Origin: the human T2T-CHM13v2.0 reference genome, Homo sapiens
Direction: 5' to 3' (one strand)
Assembly (NCBI RefSeq): GCF_009914755.1
Contig: NC_060947.1
Length of the DNA: 64,000 nt
Positions 35,251 through 54,286 of the stretch are shown in pieces. The notes beneath the pieces were generated by a model. It had not been told where the DNA came from and ran no database searches. It was given only the letters and a program-made list of their open reading frames with translations. How positions within the stretch are numbered: the stretch's first letter is position 1; every line of letters begins with the position of its first letter. The translations under genes and the position numbers were made by a program.

Positions 35251-37790
35251 AAAGTTTACTTTTCACTCTTTATTTTTTGAAACTTTTGAATGGTATAAAT
35301 TATGCCAGACATAATTAAAAAGAAACTATTTAATTAGATAGTCCCTTTTTAACTATGAAGATAACCAAGTGGGCCAAACATGATTTTTCATTCTGGAATA
35401 TTCAGTACCAATGGCTCCTAATGGGTCACCTAAAGGACCCACATCTCCATGGATGGGGATGAAGGGGGAGGTGTGGGGGCCTCTCTCTCCCTGATGGAAG
35501 GGGCCATATGAAGTTGTGAGGCTGGTCTTTGGGTGGGGTCTACTTCTAAGACAGACCACTCCCATTTCAGTGAAAACCAGAGACAACCACAATTGACTTT
35601 TTTCTGTCAAAATTTATTGAATAATTTGAAGCTCAATGTGTTTTCTGGTGGTTACTAATGGCAAAAGTGTTCAATTCTCTTGTAAGTTGTTTTTGCTTGA
35701 ATCAAAAACAAGGAAGGGAGAATATTTGGGAAAGTGTTGTGTTTTGCCTATGGCCCTGGAAGAGAGGGGTCCAGGTGAGAAAAACAATAATGGCGACCAG
35801 AGACCTGGGACTTGTGGGTAAATGGATAACCAATCTGGAACAAAGGACTGACTCTGGGGGAATTGGTGGGGGCGGAGGCATGGTTGGAGGTTAACATAGG
35901 ACAAATTGAACTGCCCTAGTTACCCAGACATGTGTACACACAAGCCTCACAAGATTTTCCAAACTTTCAGGAATTAAGACTGGCTTCAGAAATATCCCTG
36001 TGCCTAAATTTGTGCTCTGGGCACATAAACATTGCAGTTTACCAGCTTGGTTTGCAGTTCCCAGCCTCTCTTTGCCTGGCCTTAGAACCACATAGCATGA
36101 CCAGGAGGAGTCTCATCATTGCTGCAGTGTCAGGGTGGAAGGTCAGCTACCTCAGACTTAGCATCTTGGCTCATGCTACCTTGTTGGTTCAATAATTGTG
36201 GCCATTTGCCACATCGACAAAATATTTAGCTTTGCAGAGAGAACCCGAGGATACCCTTGGGACCTCAACTGTTGGAAGGCTTGCTGGGACCCTTCGTGAT
36301 CTAACATGTCTAGGGGCTATCTGGACATCCTAGGGTTGGGACTGGAATCCTGAAACATGCACAGGGGCATGTGCACAGGCCAGACTGAGATAGAGGCCTT
36401 TGTCAGCAGGTCAACTAGGCAGCTACTCACATGATTTCAGGGGCCCTACTCCAAAAATACCTCTGCCCTGACTTGACATCTGAAATTTTGAGTCTGGGCA
36501 GAGGTTTTAAACTACGGGATACATGGACAGATTTCAGAAGATCTTTGAATCTCTTAAAATAGTAAATGAATTTCAAATCCTTTCTGAGAACCTGCTTTTT
36601 TTTTTTTTTTGAGGGGAGATTTTTTTTTTTTAATGAGTGGGTGGGGATGGGAGGAAATAAAGCATAGGGTGTCCGAGGAAGGTGAGAAAGAGGATCTCAC
36701 TGAGGGTACAAAAGGATCTTGTGGGGCTACGAAGATATATTTTATCTACCTTATAACTTTCTCATGGAGTAGAGGAAAAATCACCACCTGGGAAGAGACC
36801 AGTAGACATGTGCCTTTGGGCTGGCAGGACAAGCTGAGCCAGTCTGCAAGACTCACAGTCTATGGCAAAAACGTTACTCCTGGGTAACTGTACACAAGAA
36901 AACCAGTGAGTGAACAGGAAATGAAAACATTAAATCCTAAACCATTAGTGAGGGATCCGCCCTCATGACCCAAACACCTCCCACCAACCAGTATCAACAT
37001 TGGGGATCAAATTTCAACATGAGATTTTGAGGGGACAAATATCCAAACTGTATCAGCTTCCCAGGTTATAGACAAGGAAGCAGGTGCAGGGAGACTAATC
37101 AAAATCATCCTGGCTCAATGTGGTTGGGGTCAGCCTTTAAAGCAGTAGTTTGTGACCATGGCTATTCATTAAAGTCACCTGGGGAGATTTTAAAACTAGC
37201 AACATGTGGAACCACCCTCAAAAATTCTGTTTAATTGGCCTAGGGTGGTACCTGGGCATCAGTAACTTTCAAAAGCTTCCCAGGGATTCTAATATACTGT
37301 CAGGATTGCTACCCAATACTTTAAAGCTCCAGTCCCTTCTGTTATCTCTATTTACCTCTTCTAGACAGAGCTGATCCAATGTCCCCATTTTACAGATAAG
37401 AACACTGAGATCCAGGGAAGTTCGATGAGTTTCTTAAAGCATCAGAACTATAACTATATTTAAAATCACAACTTATATAGCCTTTTTTTTGTCTCTGCAT
37501 CAGCTAAATGCAAACTTGGCTGAGCTTAAGAATCACCTATTACTTGATCAAACTAAAAATTCCTGGATTCCTCACCTGGACATTATTAAGTAGGTCTGTG
37601 GTAGGGACCAGGAATATGTAATTTAATAAGTATCCAGTAAGTAATATGATCTGGCCAATTTGTCAATTCTGAACTAATGCGATTGTTGATATTTCCTAAG
37701 TTAAAGGAAATTTGAGTTCTTTAATGGCAGTGCAAAGGAGAACTTATATTTATTTTTAATGATTTTGCCAGGGGAAGGCATTAAGAAATA

Positions 37791-38121
37791 CAGTCATCTA
37801 TGGCTTAGCGATGGGGACACATTCTGAGAAATGCATCCTTAGATGATTTTGTCATTGTGTGAACATCCTAGAGTGTACATACACAAACCTAGATGGTAGA
37901 GCCTACTACATACCTAGGCTATATGGTATAGCCCGTTGCTCCTAGGCTACACACTTGTATAGTTACTGAATTGAATACTATAGGCAACGGTAAATATTTG
38001 TGTATCTAAACATAGCTAAACATAGAAAGGTACAGTAAAAATACGGTATTATAATCTTATGGGACTACCATTGTATATGCAGTTCTTTGTTGACTGAAAC
38101 ATCTTGTGTGGCTCATAACTA
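37791..38121. mobile_element. Tigger3a/MER7-like MITE
   Basis: CAGTCAT...TTCTGAGAAATGCATC...TAGCCCGTTGCTCCTAGGCTAC; TA flanks. Confidence 0.7.
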
Positions 38122-38786
38122 TAATACCAACTCGGTTTTATCAAACTCTAGGCTTTAATTACAATTCCATAGTTCTTATTTTGTTTGGTCATTGTTGTTT
38201 TAAAATGAAGTAGGTAGTTCTTAAAAGAACACGGATATGCTTTTCATTTTGTACTAAGTTGCAACTTGAACTCAAATGGTTACAGCTTCAAGAATGGAAA
38301 ATAAATTGGCTATGACTGTGACCAATTATAATGACATGCCGCCTAGCTCTTACCTACTCTGCTCTCTGCCCCAAGTTTGTTGGTTTCCAGGTAAGAAGCG
38401 TGAAGCAGCTGAAGTCTTAGGTGGCCCAGCTGAAGTGCAGCTCAGCAACCATTTGTCATAGGATCCTTGACTGAACATGTGACTTCCATAGGAATGCCCT
38501 TAAACTCCATTCTTCAAGGCAATTTTACCAAGAGATGCAGTGGAAAGATCACTGGAATCGAATGCCAAAAACCCTGGGTCTGAAATGATGTTCTTCCACC
38601 TACTTGCTGTAAGACTATGATAAAATCATTTGCATTTGACTTCTATGAGTCTCACTTCCACATCTGTAAAGTAGGAATAATGATATCCATTTTACCTATC
38701 TAATGAGGGATATCAAGGATTATATTAGCTAATATATTGGTTAACATTTGCCTCATGACAATCACAAGGCCTTTGTAGCATATGAC

Positions 38787-38880
38787 TATATATATACATA
38801 TATGTGTATATATGTATGTATATACACATATATACTCATATATATACTATATATACATGTATAGTCATATATATATATAT
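38787..38880. repeat. Imperfect (TA)n microsatellite
   Basis: TATATATACATATATGTGTATATATG... Confidence 0.85.
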
Positions 38881-38914
38881 TTTTGACTTTTGTGACTGGG
38901 AAGCCTTTGGAGAG

Positions 38915-39495
<581 letters not shown>

Positions 39496-42174
39496 AACAA
39501 TATATTTTTCATAGATGTACAGGACTCAGCTAATCTATGCTGGGCTTCCTGGGCAGTTCTGCTGCTCTAAGCTAGACTCATGTCTGGGACATGACTGATC
39601 TAAGCTGGGTTGGGCAATGGTGATTAGCTCTGTGCTACCTGTTGCTCTTCTTCCTCCTGTGTTAACTCAGGCATATCATTCTTATGGTAAATGGCAGAGG
39701 TGCAAGAGAAGAAACTGAAGAAGTACTTTTATAAGCTACCCTTGTGTCATATTTACCATTGGCCAAAGCAAGTCACATGGCTAAACTGAGATTTAAGGAG
39801 TGGGAATATACACTATGCCTTTCAATTGTGAGATCTGTAAAGTCATATAGGAAATGGCATGGACACTGGGAAGGATAAAGAAATAGGGTTATTAATGCAC
39901 TCTAACACAGCTAATGCTTATAAAGTGCTATACAAATTATACTAAGGCAATGAATCTTCTGTGATTCAGAATTATATGTAAATTAACCATATGTGAACTA
40001 ACTTGTGAGCAACTTTTATAGATAGAAGAGGGTATAACTCAGTTTATATTCCAAACGTTTTAGTTTTAGTGGTTTTGTAGGTAGTGTTATAGATCATGCC
40101 TTCATAATTTATTGTGCTACATGACTGATAGGATGGGACACAATTTTAAATGACTTGGGTTATCTGAGAATTTCTTCTTTTCTTCTGGATTAAGATCATT
40201 TCATTGCATTAATAACCCAATTTCTTTATCCTTCCCAGTATCCATGCCATTTCCTTTGTGACTTTACAGATCTTGCTATGAAAAGGCACAGTATATATTC
40301 CCACCCCTTAAATCTCAGTTTAGCCATGTGACTCGCTTTGACCAATGGTAAATATGACACAAGGGTAGCTTATAAAAGTACTGCTTCAGTTTCTTCTCTT
40401 GCACCTCTGCCATTTCCATAAGGGCTAGAAGACTGGTCTTGGATAAAGCCAACTGTGTATGTCAGAGGTTCATTTCACAATTTAAAACTATGTTTCTCTG
40501 GCTGATTCCTGGAATAGAGCAAGGTAGACACAAGATGAGCGTGGGATATGTGGATATGTCAAGAAGTAAGGAAGGGATCAGAAAAAAGATGGGGACATGC
40601 CACAGGGACAGAGGAACTAGCTTGAAAGAGCTCCCACTGGCCAAACCTTAGCACCAAATTTGAGCACCAAAATAGTTAAGTACAGTAATGAATTATAAAC
40701 CAATGGAAAAATAGGAATTCATGAATCTATACTGATTAAATAGATAAATAGATAGGTGGATAAATGGGTAAATGAGGGAAAAGGGAGGGCTGTTGCTTAT
40801 GGTAGAATGCCAAGAGCTGACTGGTCAATGTGGAGGATTGGGAATGTAGAAAATGATCATTTTGCAATAATCGCGTTAAAGACTGGATCAAGCAAGAATC
40901 ATCAATAGATACTAAATCTTGGGGAAATTTTGATGAAGGGCAGGATATTTCTATGATCTTTAAGTGCCTCCCCACAGACTGCTCATCAGTTGCAAGGGAA
41001 GAAGCAAAGCAGTAATTATACAATGGAAAAATTGGACACCTTGGCCAGGGGACCAAAACAAACGTCACTAGTAAAGAAGAGATGGACATCTTATAGCTCC
41101 AGATGTGATACCCTTAGAAGGATACAATATCACCTGTGCTGTATTCTGACCAAGAATGTCTAACCTGAGTCTAATCATGAAACATCGCATAGACTCAAAA
41201 CAAGGTAAAGGGGGAGGAGCAGTAGTCTTCCTAAATGTCAATGTCATAAAAAGACAAAGAAAGGCTGTGGAGACATTCTAGATTAAAAGAGGCTAAAAAA
41301 AAAAAAAAGACAACTAATACAGTACCTGAGCCTAGATACATTGTAATAGGGGGGAAGTAAAAATACTGTGAGAACATCATTAGGTCAACTGACAAAATTG
41401 AAATATGGACAGTAGACAAAAATATTGTTCTGGCCAGGATGAAGTAACAGGGACCAGATTTACCCTCTTACCTTAAACTAAACAACCAGATAAAATATGT
41501 GAAATAATGGTCCTCAGACATTGGACAATAAGGCAGTATAGGACTAAGAGAAAAGAAACAAATAAGGCCAGCCCTACAGTTGCCTCTGCTGACTGCCTGG
41601 AGTGAGATTCCAGCCTGCAGTGCAAGGAGGGGAAACCCAAACAGAGCCCCGATCTCTGAGTTGAGGGGCTGGAGTTAAGAATTTGGAGAGGCTCCTTGTT
41701 AGTATTATGGTGAGTATATATAAAATATATAATATATAGTATTATATTTGGAGAGGCCAAGGTGGCTAGAATTTGCAGTGAAGAAGACCAGAGAAGAGAA
41801 TGCTTCCCAGAGATTGAACTCTGGAGACCTGCAGAGAGTTTCCCTCCAATCTTCAATTTAGTACTGATCTGTGTCATTCACTACGTATAAAGAAACCAGG
41901 GAAACAATCTTCAAGAAGAATCAGGTGGAAAAGTTCTTGGAGATCACACAGGGCCAAGAATAGTTCATCCTTCCAATAGCCAGAGTGGAGAATCCTCATA
42001 ATATCTGGGCATTGTGTGTACTTTGAAGAGTATTACCTCAATAGTGGGTCAAGCTAGCCATAGACTAAAGGCTGCTCTGGTCTGAGTCAGCCTAACCAGG
42101 CTGAAAGGCAAGCCTTGAGGGAATCAAACTGTTTCCAAGTAACTAAACGGCATCCCAGACAAAAGCTCAAAATT

Positions 42175-42497
<323 letters not shown>

Positions 42498-43304
42498 TTA
42501 GTAAATATTATAAAAATGACTTGCAAAAAATCCTGCACTTAACAATGGACCCAATATCTTGCATCCAATTAGTCAGTGACTGTATTATGGCTATGTGAGA
42601 GACTATCTCTATTCTTAGGAAATACATACTGAACTATTTGGCATCAAGGGCCATAGTGTGGAAAACTTGCAAAGGGGCAGGGGTGGAGAATAGGTGAATC
42701 TGGGTTAAGGGTATACAGGTTTCTTTGGACTATTTTTATTCTTACAACTTTTTATAAGTTTGAAATTACTTCCAAGTAAGTTAATTCCAAAAATAAGACC
42801 AAAAAACCCAATGTTTCTCGTACCTCAGACTAGCATAATTCCTTCTATTTAGATTGAGCTATGATGGTGCTCAATCTAGCCACAAGAACGTGTATAACTT
42901 TTAATTATCAGCTGCCCCAGAGAATATAAAATAGCATTTAGGACGGCTCCTCCAAAGACAGCAAATTGGAAAGAAAAAAAAAAGGGAGATAAATTTAACA
43001 AATAGCTAATTTGTAACCATGATGGGCACTTAGAAATCCTTTAATTAAGTATTGGCTTTTCTCCCTCATCAGTCAATCCCTATATTTTGCTGAAGCAAGG
43101 TATTTTTCAGTAGTTTGCTTTCTTTCAACCTGTTCTGAGGTTCTATCAATTGCATTCTGACCTCGTGCCACCAAGAGACTTTCTGACCTGAGTGTTGGGG
43201 AAATCTGACTTACTGTGCCAAGGAGCAAATCCTCCTAGTGTGAGGCAACCAGTAATAGGGAGACCTGTTCCTGGTGTCACTGGAGCAGAGCAGTTCCAAC
43301 CAAT

Positions 43305-43646
<342 letters not shown>

Positions 43647-44090
43647 TGATGCTACAGCAATTCCACATGTTCAGTCTAAGTTGGGGGCACATGAACCTTC
43701 TGTTTGATGGGCATTGGATTTGCCAAGAACAGCATGACATAGCCCTAACCAGAGGGTTCTCGTTCATTCCCTTCCTGGGTAAACCTTGAGGTCCTGTGAT
43801 GTGGGTCCACTGTTCTACTGAAGTCTTTATTATTATTGCCCTGTTACCAGCTGGAATTATTTTTCTACATCAGGTGATTCTCAGCTGCAAGAAGAAAACC
43901 CCTAAATTTGTGCTGCATCAAGGTGACAAATATAAATTCCCTGGTCAATTTGGGTTTTGTGGCACCTGTAATATCCTAGCATTTGACCTTGAAAGAGTGG
44001 AGGAGGTATTATAAATTTTCAAGCCAATGGAATAGTCTCTATTTTTGATATTTGGGAATACATTTGACTAAAATGAATAGGTTATGAGTG

Positions 44091-44150
44091 GTGTGTGTGT
44101 GTGTGTGTGTGTATGTCATGAGAGAGAAACAGAGAGAGAGAGAGAGAGAG
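44091..44150. repeat. Compound (GT)n/(GA)n microsatellite
   Basis: Directly visible in the sequence. Confidence 0.9.
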
Positions 44151-44514
44151 ACCCTCTGTCTTCTGTCTTGAATATCTCTGGAACCTATTCCTGTAAAGTA
44201 TCCAGAAAAGAAAGTGTTCATTGAACATTCTTCTGTCTCCTGGTCTGTTGATATGCTTTAATATGAAACTTCTATTTCCATATTGGGTAATTCCTAATCA
44301 GAAACATTAAACAAGCCTATAGTATTAAGAAATTTTATCTTGGGAGACCATAACATGTAGTCTCATCTGTAACTAATGAAAATTTATGATTCAGTCAATT
44401 TCTGAAGGTTCCTAAAACCATACCCAAAAATTACTCACTAAAAACAAAAAGACCTGCCTGGTGAGTAAATCAAGTGCCAAATGGCACTTATAAGATTCTA
44501 TGTGGCATCAAGCT

Positions 44515-44695
44515 CAGTGGTTCTCAACTCTGGTTCCACACTAGAATCATTTGAGGAGCTTTCAAAAATCCCATAACCAGGAAGGCAAACCCTGGATCAA
44601 TTAAATCAGAATCTCTGGAGGTGGCTTCGGCATTAGTCATTTTTAAACCTCCCCAGTTGGTTCCAAAGTGCAGTGGCCAAGGTCAAGAACCACCG
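44515..44695. mobile_element. MER5A-like MITE
   Basis: CAGTGGTTCTCAA...AAGAACCAC termini. Confidence 0.65.
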
Positions 44696-44902
44696 CTTAT
44701 CTAGAGTGCTATCTGATTTTCACCATCAATGCGAGGCAAATATTCAAAAGAAGAAAAGCTGGGGAATAATCTTAAGTTGGTTGACAATACATGCATCAAC
44801 TATAATTATTTGGTCAAACTATAACCCCAAATTCCATTATGTGCCTGTAAACAATTTCATTTTCATATGCTACCTTTTAGGGGGTAAAAGAGCCACTATT
44901 TT

Positions 44903-45190
44903 GCCGGGTGTGGTGGGTCATGCCTGTAATCCCAGCGCTTTGGGAGGCTGAGGCAGGCAGATCACCTGAGGTCAGGAGTTCGAGACCAGTCTGACCAACA
45001 TGGCAAAACCCCATCTCTACTAAAAATACAAAAATTAGCTGGGCATGGTGGCGGATGCCTGTAATCCCAGCTACTCAGGAGGCTGAGGCAGGAGAATCAC
45101 TTGAATCCCGGAGGCAGAGGTTGCAGTGAGCCGAGGTTGTGCCACTGCACACCCGCCTGGGTGACAGAACGGGACTCCATCTCAAAAAAA
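44903..45190 (+). mobile_element. AluS
   Basis: Alu consensus; TSD ...CCACTATTTT. Confidence 0.9.
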
Positions 45191-45546
45191 GAGAAGAACC
45201 ACTATTTTACCACGATCTATAAATTTAGAAACTATAAATGAAAAATGAATAGATAGATGAATTAGTGGAGATAATGAACAGAAAGCATATTACAGAACAC
45301 AAGTTGTTAGGACACTGTATTGACAGTTAAAATCAAAGAAAAACTTTTCTTCATTTCAGCAAGAGTTGACCAATAGAGAAGGCTTTAAAATAATGTTCTT
45401 TATTGGGGATGAGAGAAGAGGAACATCAGAATCACCTGGAAAGCTTGTTCAAACCACAGGAACTCCTCACCATTCTAGATTGATTCATTTCTTCCTTTCT
45501 GGAACCACTGTCAACATTCAGCCTTGAAGAAAAGTATTAATGACAG

Positions 45547-46395
45547 TGTGGCATAAAAAGAACTATATATTTGATTATTGTCTCAGTTCCTGACAAAGAG
45601 CTCCTAAAACCCTTGTAATTTCCTAAGTGATAGGGATGCTAGGAGCATCTTTTGTCTAATAGTTGGTACTTGACTATCATTCCTGACACAGAGCTCCTAA
45701 ATCCCTTGGAATTTCCTGGGTGATAGAGCCTCTTTTGTTTTAATGAGGAAACTTTTGAAGTTTCAGGATGGGGGCTAGTTGCCAGGAAGATCACGTCTTG
45801 ATTAGAAGCATAGAATGTTCAGGTCTACTCTCCCCAACCTCTAGGGAGGGGAGAGAGGCTGGAGAGTGAATTAATAACTGATCATGCCTACATGATGAAA
45901 TCTCCATAAAAGCCCCTAAATCATGAGGTTCAGAGAGCTTCTGGGTTGGTGAACACATCCACTTGTTGGGAGGGTGGCACATCTTAACTCCATTGGACAG
46001 AAGTTCCTGCATTCAGGACCCTTCTGGAATTTACCCTATGTATCTCTTCATCTGCATCCTTTATAACAAACTGGTAAATGCAAGTAAATTGCTTTCCTGA
46101 GTTCTGTGAACCATTTTAGCAAATTATCATACCCAGGGAGGGGTTGTGGGAACTGCCTGAATTTTTAGCTGGTTGGTCAGAAGTCCTAGTGGTCCAGGAC
46201 TTGCAATTGACATCTGAAGTGGGGCAGCCGTGTGGGACCGAAGCTTTAACTTGTGGGATGTAATGCTAACTCCAGGTAGTTAATGTCAGGATTTACTTAA
46301 ACTGTAGGACACCTGGCTGATGTCCAGAAAGGTGGAGAAATGGTTGCTGGTGTGAGGAAAAACCCACACATTTTGTCCAGAAGTGTTTTGTGGAC
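45547..46395. mobile_element. MER21-family LTR
   Basis: Characteristic TTCCTGACACAGAGCTCCTAAAACCCTTGGAATTTCCT-like motifs and GGGTTGGTGAACACATCC. Confidence 0.7.
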
Positions 46396-47121
46396 AGAAA
46401 AAGATCATAGTAGATGGTTATATCAGTAGGATGCCTTCAGTAGCAAGTATCAAGCAAAAATGTAACTCAAAATGGCTTAAACAATAAAGAAACTGTATCA
46501 TCCATGTAAGCAAAAAGTCTAGAAACTGGGTTGGCATTTGGAGAGGCTTGATCCAGTGCCCTAAAGGGATCACCCTGTCTCTCCACTCTTCCTTTTGCAG
46601 AGTCATTCAACCAACAGATACAGTCCCCTGCAGTCCTAAGATGGCTTTCTTTTTTCTTCCTTCGTTTCCAGCAGGACAAAGAGAATTGGTTGATTTTCCA
46701 GAAAAAGTCCAGATATTTACTCTAATTGGCCTGGATCATATCACATACCCACCTCTGAACCAATCATTGTCTAGGAGGATGGAATGCACTAATTGGCTTA
46801 GCTTTGCTCCAGTGCTCCACCCCTGAGAAATTGGAAGGAAAATGTAGGGGTGAAGAATAGAAATTGACACTGGCAGTGCAACAAATTAAGTTCACAAGAT
46901 GGTCTCAGAGGTTAAGTGTGAATATAATTCAGTAATAAAAAAAAATGAAACAAATTTCACCCACTGCCATCACAAGTCTTGTTAGTTTACAGCAGGGTTC
47001 TCAACTTTGGCATACTGGCATTTTGGGCCAGATTTTGTTTTTGTTTTAGGGGGCCATGTGTCCTCCGGGGGACAAAATTGTTCTCTCTAGAACTGCCATT
47101 TTATAGTTCAACCTCCTAGAT

Positions 47122-47312
47122 AAAAATATCTATCATAGATGTCTGGAGATATTTTCAGTCACCACAACTGTGGGGGAGAGAGTGATGTGACTGGTATCTA
47201 GTGGGTAGTAGCCAGGGATGTGGTTAAACCTCCCACAACACATAGAACAGCCCCTAACAACAAAGAATTATCTGGCCCAAAATGCCAGTAGTGCTGACGT
47301 TGAGAAACCCTG
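47122..47312. mobile_element. MER20
   Basis: ...AAAGAATTATCTGGCCCAAAATG...GTTGAGAAACCCTG. Confidence 0.65.
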
Positions 47313-48279
47313 CGCTAGCCAAAAGTCTTCAGATAGTTTTCAATCTCCACATCTTAAAAATAGGCCTTTCGACATTTGCCAACATTAGAAGAAAAATGCA
47401 CAATGATATTGAACAAAAGTAGACAGGAAAAAAATAGACTCTTTTAACCTGACAGCCAAGGCTCAATTTATTATAATTTTCACTTTCTAAAGTATTTCTT
47501 TTAGACGCTAGCTGGATCTGCACCAAATCACAGCAGGATTTTAAGAATAACATCTGGCATATAAAAATTATCATAAAGTCCTACTCTTATAATATACTAG
47601 TTTAATATAATTGTTAAATTCTACTGACATGAATGCCACCCAAAATTCTAACCATAGTGATTTATGACTAAGCTTAAACTTCGCTTAATTTATTTTTGCT
47701 TTAAGGAGGGCCATTCCTTACTTATTGAAGATTTTGAAATTCTTACTCCATGATGTAATGAAATTCTTTATTCTTACATGATGTTAGATGGTAGAAAAAT
47801 TGTCAGAAGCTTTTAAATCTAGACTGGCTTTTATTTATTATCTAATTAATATTATGGGGCTTCCCCCCTTTGACACTATCTTGAGCCTTTGAACAACAGG
47901 ATAGCATTCTGTTAAATGTTCTGGATTTTAGAAAATAAAATTTTCCCCAGATTTGCCTAATGAGTAATAAGGGATGATGGAAGAACAATATTTGGATAGG
48001 AGCTAAGTTTATAGGGATTTCCTGTCATATAAAATTCTGGGCCAATGTATCAGGTCCAATGATTCCCCCATGACCTCTTTCTTACTTCTCAAAGGGTAGA
48101 TACGTAGCCTGCTGTCTTGTGTCTCTACCAGAACGTCTCTCCCCATCTTTTCTCTTGTCTGTGTTCTTCTCTTGGGCTGGCTGTACAGGGAGAATCTACA
48201 CTGTCCCACTTTTCCACTGGTAGAGTTTCCAAGATATGGTTGATTTTACAGTTTCTCTTCATTTTAAGAGACTTACCTC

Positions 48280-49012
48280 TATTCTGACACCAGTTGGTAT
48301 ACTGCAGTATACTTCCGGCACTATCCACCAGGAATTAGCATAGATCCCATTACTTAAAGGGCATGGTCCCCAACAAGACTACCCTCAGTTCAAATGCCAG
48401 CCACACTTTGAGGCTCCTCAGGCTACCAGCACTTCTGACTAGCTGGCTACAGATTCAAGGGTTTCCACAATATCTTCAGGTTTGATAATCTGCCAGAATG
48501 ACTCCCAGACCTCAGAAAAGCACTACACTTAACATTGACTGTTTTATTATAAAGGATACAAATCAGGACCTGCCAAATGAAGATACATAGATCTGGGAGG
48601 GTCCCGAATGCAGAGCTTTCATGCCCTCTCCCATCAAATCTATGCATGTCACTCTCCTGGCACATCAATGTGTTCAACCAGGAAGTTCCCCTGAGCCTTG
48701 GTGTCCAGAATTTTTATTGAGGTTTCTTTACATAAGTATGACTGAATCATCAGCCATGTGATTGAACTCAGCCTCCAGTCCTCCTCCCCTGTCCAAAGGT
48801 TTGGCTGGCCCAAAACCCCAACCCTCCAGTCACATGGCTGGTCATTCTGGTGACCAGCCCATATCTGAAATCATCTCATTAGCATAAACTCAGGTGTGAC
48901 TCAAGGGGCTCATTAATTACAAAGACACTCCTATCACTCAGGAAATTCCAAGGGTTTTAGAAGTTCTATGCCCAAAACCCAGGACAAAGTCAGATAAATT
49001 CTTTAGTATACA
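48280..49012. mobile_element. MER21-family LTR, opposite orientation to the one at 45547
   Basis: CCTATCACTCAGGAAATTCCAAGGGTTTTAG is the reverse complement of the motif in the 45547 element. Confidence 0.65.
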
Positions 49013-50326
49013 AAACTGCTGAGAACCAGAGAGGTCTGGCCAGGAGTAACACATATAACAGAGGTGTGTACAGATTCTAGAAATATCAAATTGGGTTTGC
49101 CTATACTGGCTGGCCCTTTCTAAGTCTCACTAAATTAACATCTGTTAAGTACCTACTATATGCCAGGCTTTGTGGGGGTAGAGGAAAAAAAATTTGCTTC
49201 CTAACCTCCAGGAAAGTATAACTTAGAGGAGGAAACAGGTAACTAAATAACTAATGACAATAAAATGTGCAGTGGACCTTGTGTTTGACAATCCAATATT
49301 CATTATACCTCAGGTTCAGGGGTGAAGCCTGATTAGTCTAAGCTAATTATAATAATCTCATTCCCCCGCTCCCCCTACCCCCGCCCCAGTGACTGGTTCT
49401 AGGATGGCAGGTCTTTAGATAATTTGTGGCAATGATATATGGAAAAGAAGTTTGCTGGGAACTTCTGGAGTAAAACTTCTTCACCCTTCAGAGGAAGTCT
49501 ACGGAAAATCAGACTCTATCAGGAAGATATCGCCCTGCTTGCTTCTGGTACCAATAATACAAACATAAGGGGATCCAGCCTAGGAATGAAATCAATACCA
49601 TAGACATCAGAGTGGAGAGACAGGAGGAATCTGAGTCCTTGAGAACAGTGTAGAGCTACTGGATCAAACCAAACCTGATGCTTGACCTACTCTAGACTTT
49701 CTGTTATCTAAGCCAATAAATTTCCTTATTGCATGATCTAGTTTGAGATGAGCTTTCCCTCAAAGTCAAAAATGCTTTGATACAGAATATAATCACATAT
49801 TCTAAAATAATTTAAATAATGTGGTAGAAGGTCTACCTAATTTTCATTCTCTTTTAATGTTGTAAGTCGAGCTCACCAAGTTTCCTTCTACCTCTGTTGG
49901 GATCCCTTCTCACACAGACTGATGTTTCACATTCTTCTGACTTACAGAGGTCCTTTTAGAACAGAAGAATAAGTGTGAACTAGGAGGTTATTCAGGGATT
50001 CTTAGATCTCATGGGTATCATCTACGTTTCAGGAAAATTCCAGACTGTAATTCCTGCCCCCCTACTTTCTCCACTCTTCCCTCCCTCCTATATATATATA
50101 CTTCACTGAATAAAAGTTAACTTGGTCATCCCCTGATTGGTGGGCAGTAAATTAAGAAGTTTAATGCCTTTCTGTCTGGAGAGTAAAAAAGACATAATAA
50201 AACACTTTCAGTGCTCCTTCCTGAGGAAAACTAAGCTACATCTGATTATTTTCCTTATGAGTCAGGATTCTGAGTACAATGTGGATGTTTCAGTCAGTTT
50301 TTGTTGGGGCAACAACTCCAAAGTTG

Positions 50327-50642
<316 letters not shown>

Positions 50643-50689
50643 TCCAAAGTTTTAAAAGCTCGTGTAGCTGATGGCTCAGGGTTGCTTAA

Positions 50690-53620
<2,931 letters not shown>

Positions 53621-53785
53621 GAAGTGGTCTTCAAATTTAATATGCATGTCAATCACCTGAGATCTTGTTAAAATGCAAATTCTGATTAAATTGGACTTGG
53701 GCAGAGCCCAAGATTCTTTATTCCTAATAAGTTCCCTGGAGATACCAATGCTGCTGGTACATGTACCACACTTTACGTAGCAAAA
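53621..53785. mobile_element. MER5-like MITE (target of the L1PA insertion)
   Basis: AATCACCTGAGATCTTGTTAAAATGCAAATTCTGATT immediately after the L1 tail. Confidence 0.55.
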
Positions 53786-54286
53786 GGCTATAATTTGGCA
53801 GAACATAGTTGGGCATCTTTGAGCTCCACTTGGCTCCATGTGCCTTCGCATGGTGTAAGGGAGAAGGTCAAAAGAGGGACACAGCCATATTATGAATAGC
53901 ATTAAAGCTTCTGTTAGGATGTTGTGTAAGTCATAAATATCTACATTCCATTGTCCAAAGCAAGTTACATAACCAAGCCCAAAATCAATGTTGTGAGAAA
54001 TTAACTTCTACATGTTGGAAAATACAAGGTGCTAAGTGCTGCAGAGCAGACAGGGATGGGTCCAAAGGAACAGTGATCAGTTCTTCCTGGGAGAGTCAGG
54101 GAAGGCCTGAGAGAGAATATGATGATTGAGCCAGGTTTTGAAGGACAAGCAGAACTTTCCAACAAGCCAGGAATGGGACCCAAGGTGAAGAAGAGGTCAT
54201 TCAAGCCAGGGGAAGAGCATAAAGCAGAAGCCTCATATTCTCTAAAGAAGATCCCTATAATCACTTAGCAGGATGCTCACCACCAT

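Noticed and set aside
45588-45727. Internal ~45-bp direct repeat
   Set aside because: Appears to be an intrinsic feature of the MER21-family LTR.
48297-48312. 16-bp perfect palindrome GTATACTGCAGTATAC
   Set aside because: About one such palindrome is expected by chance in a window of this size.
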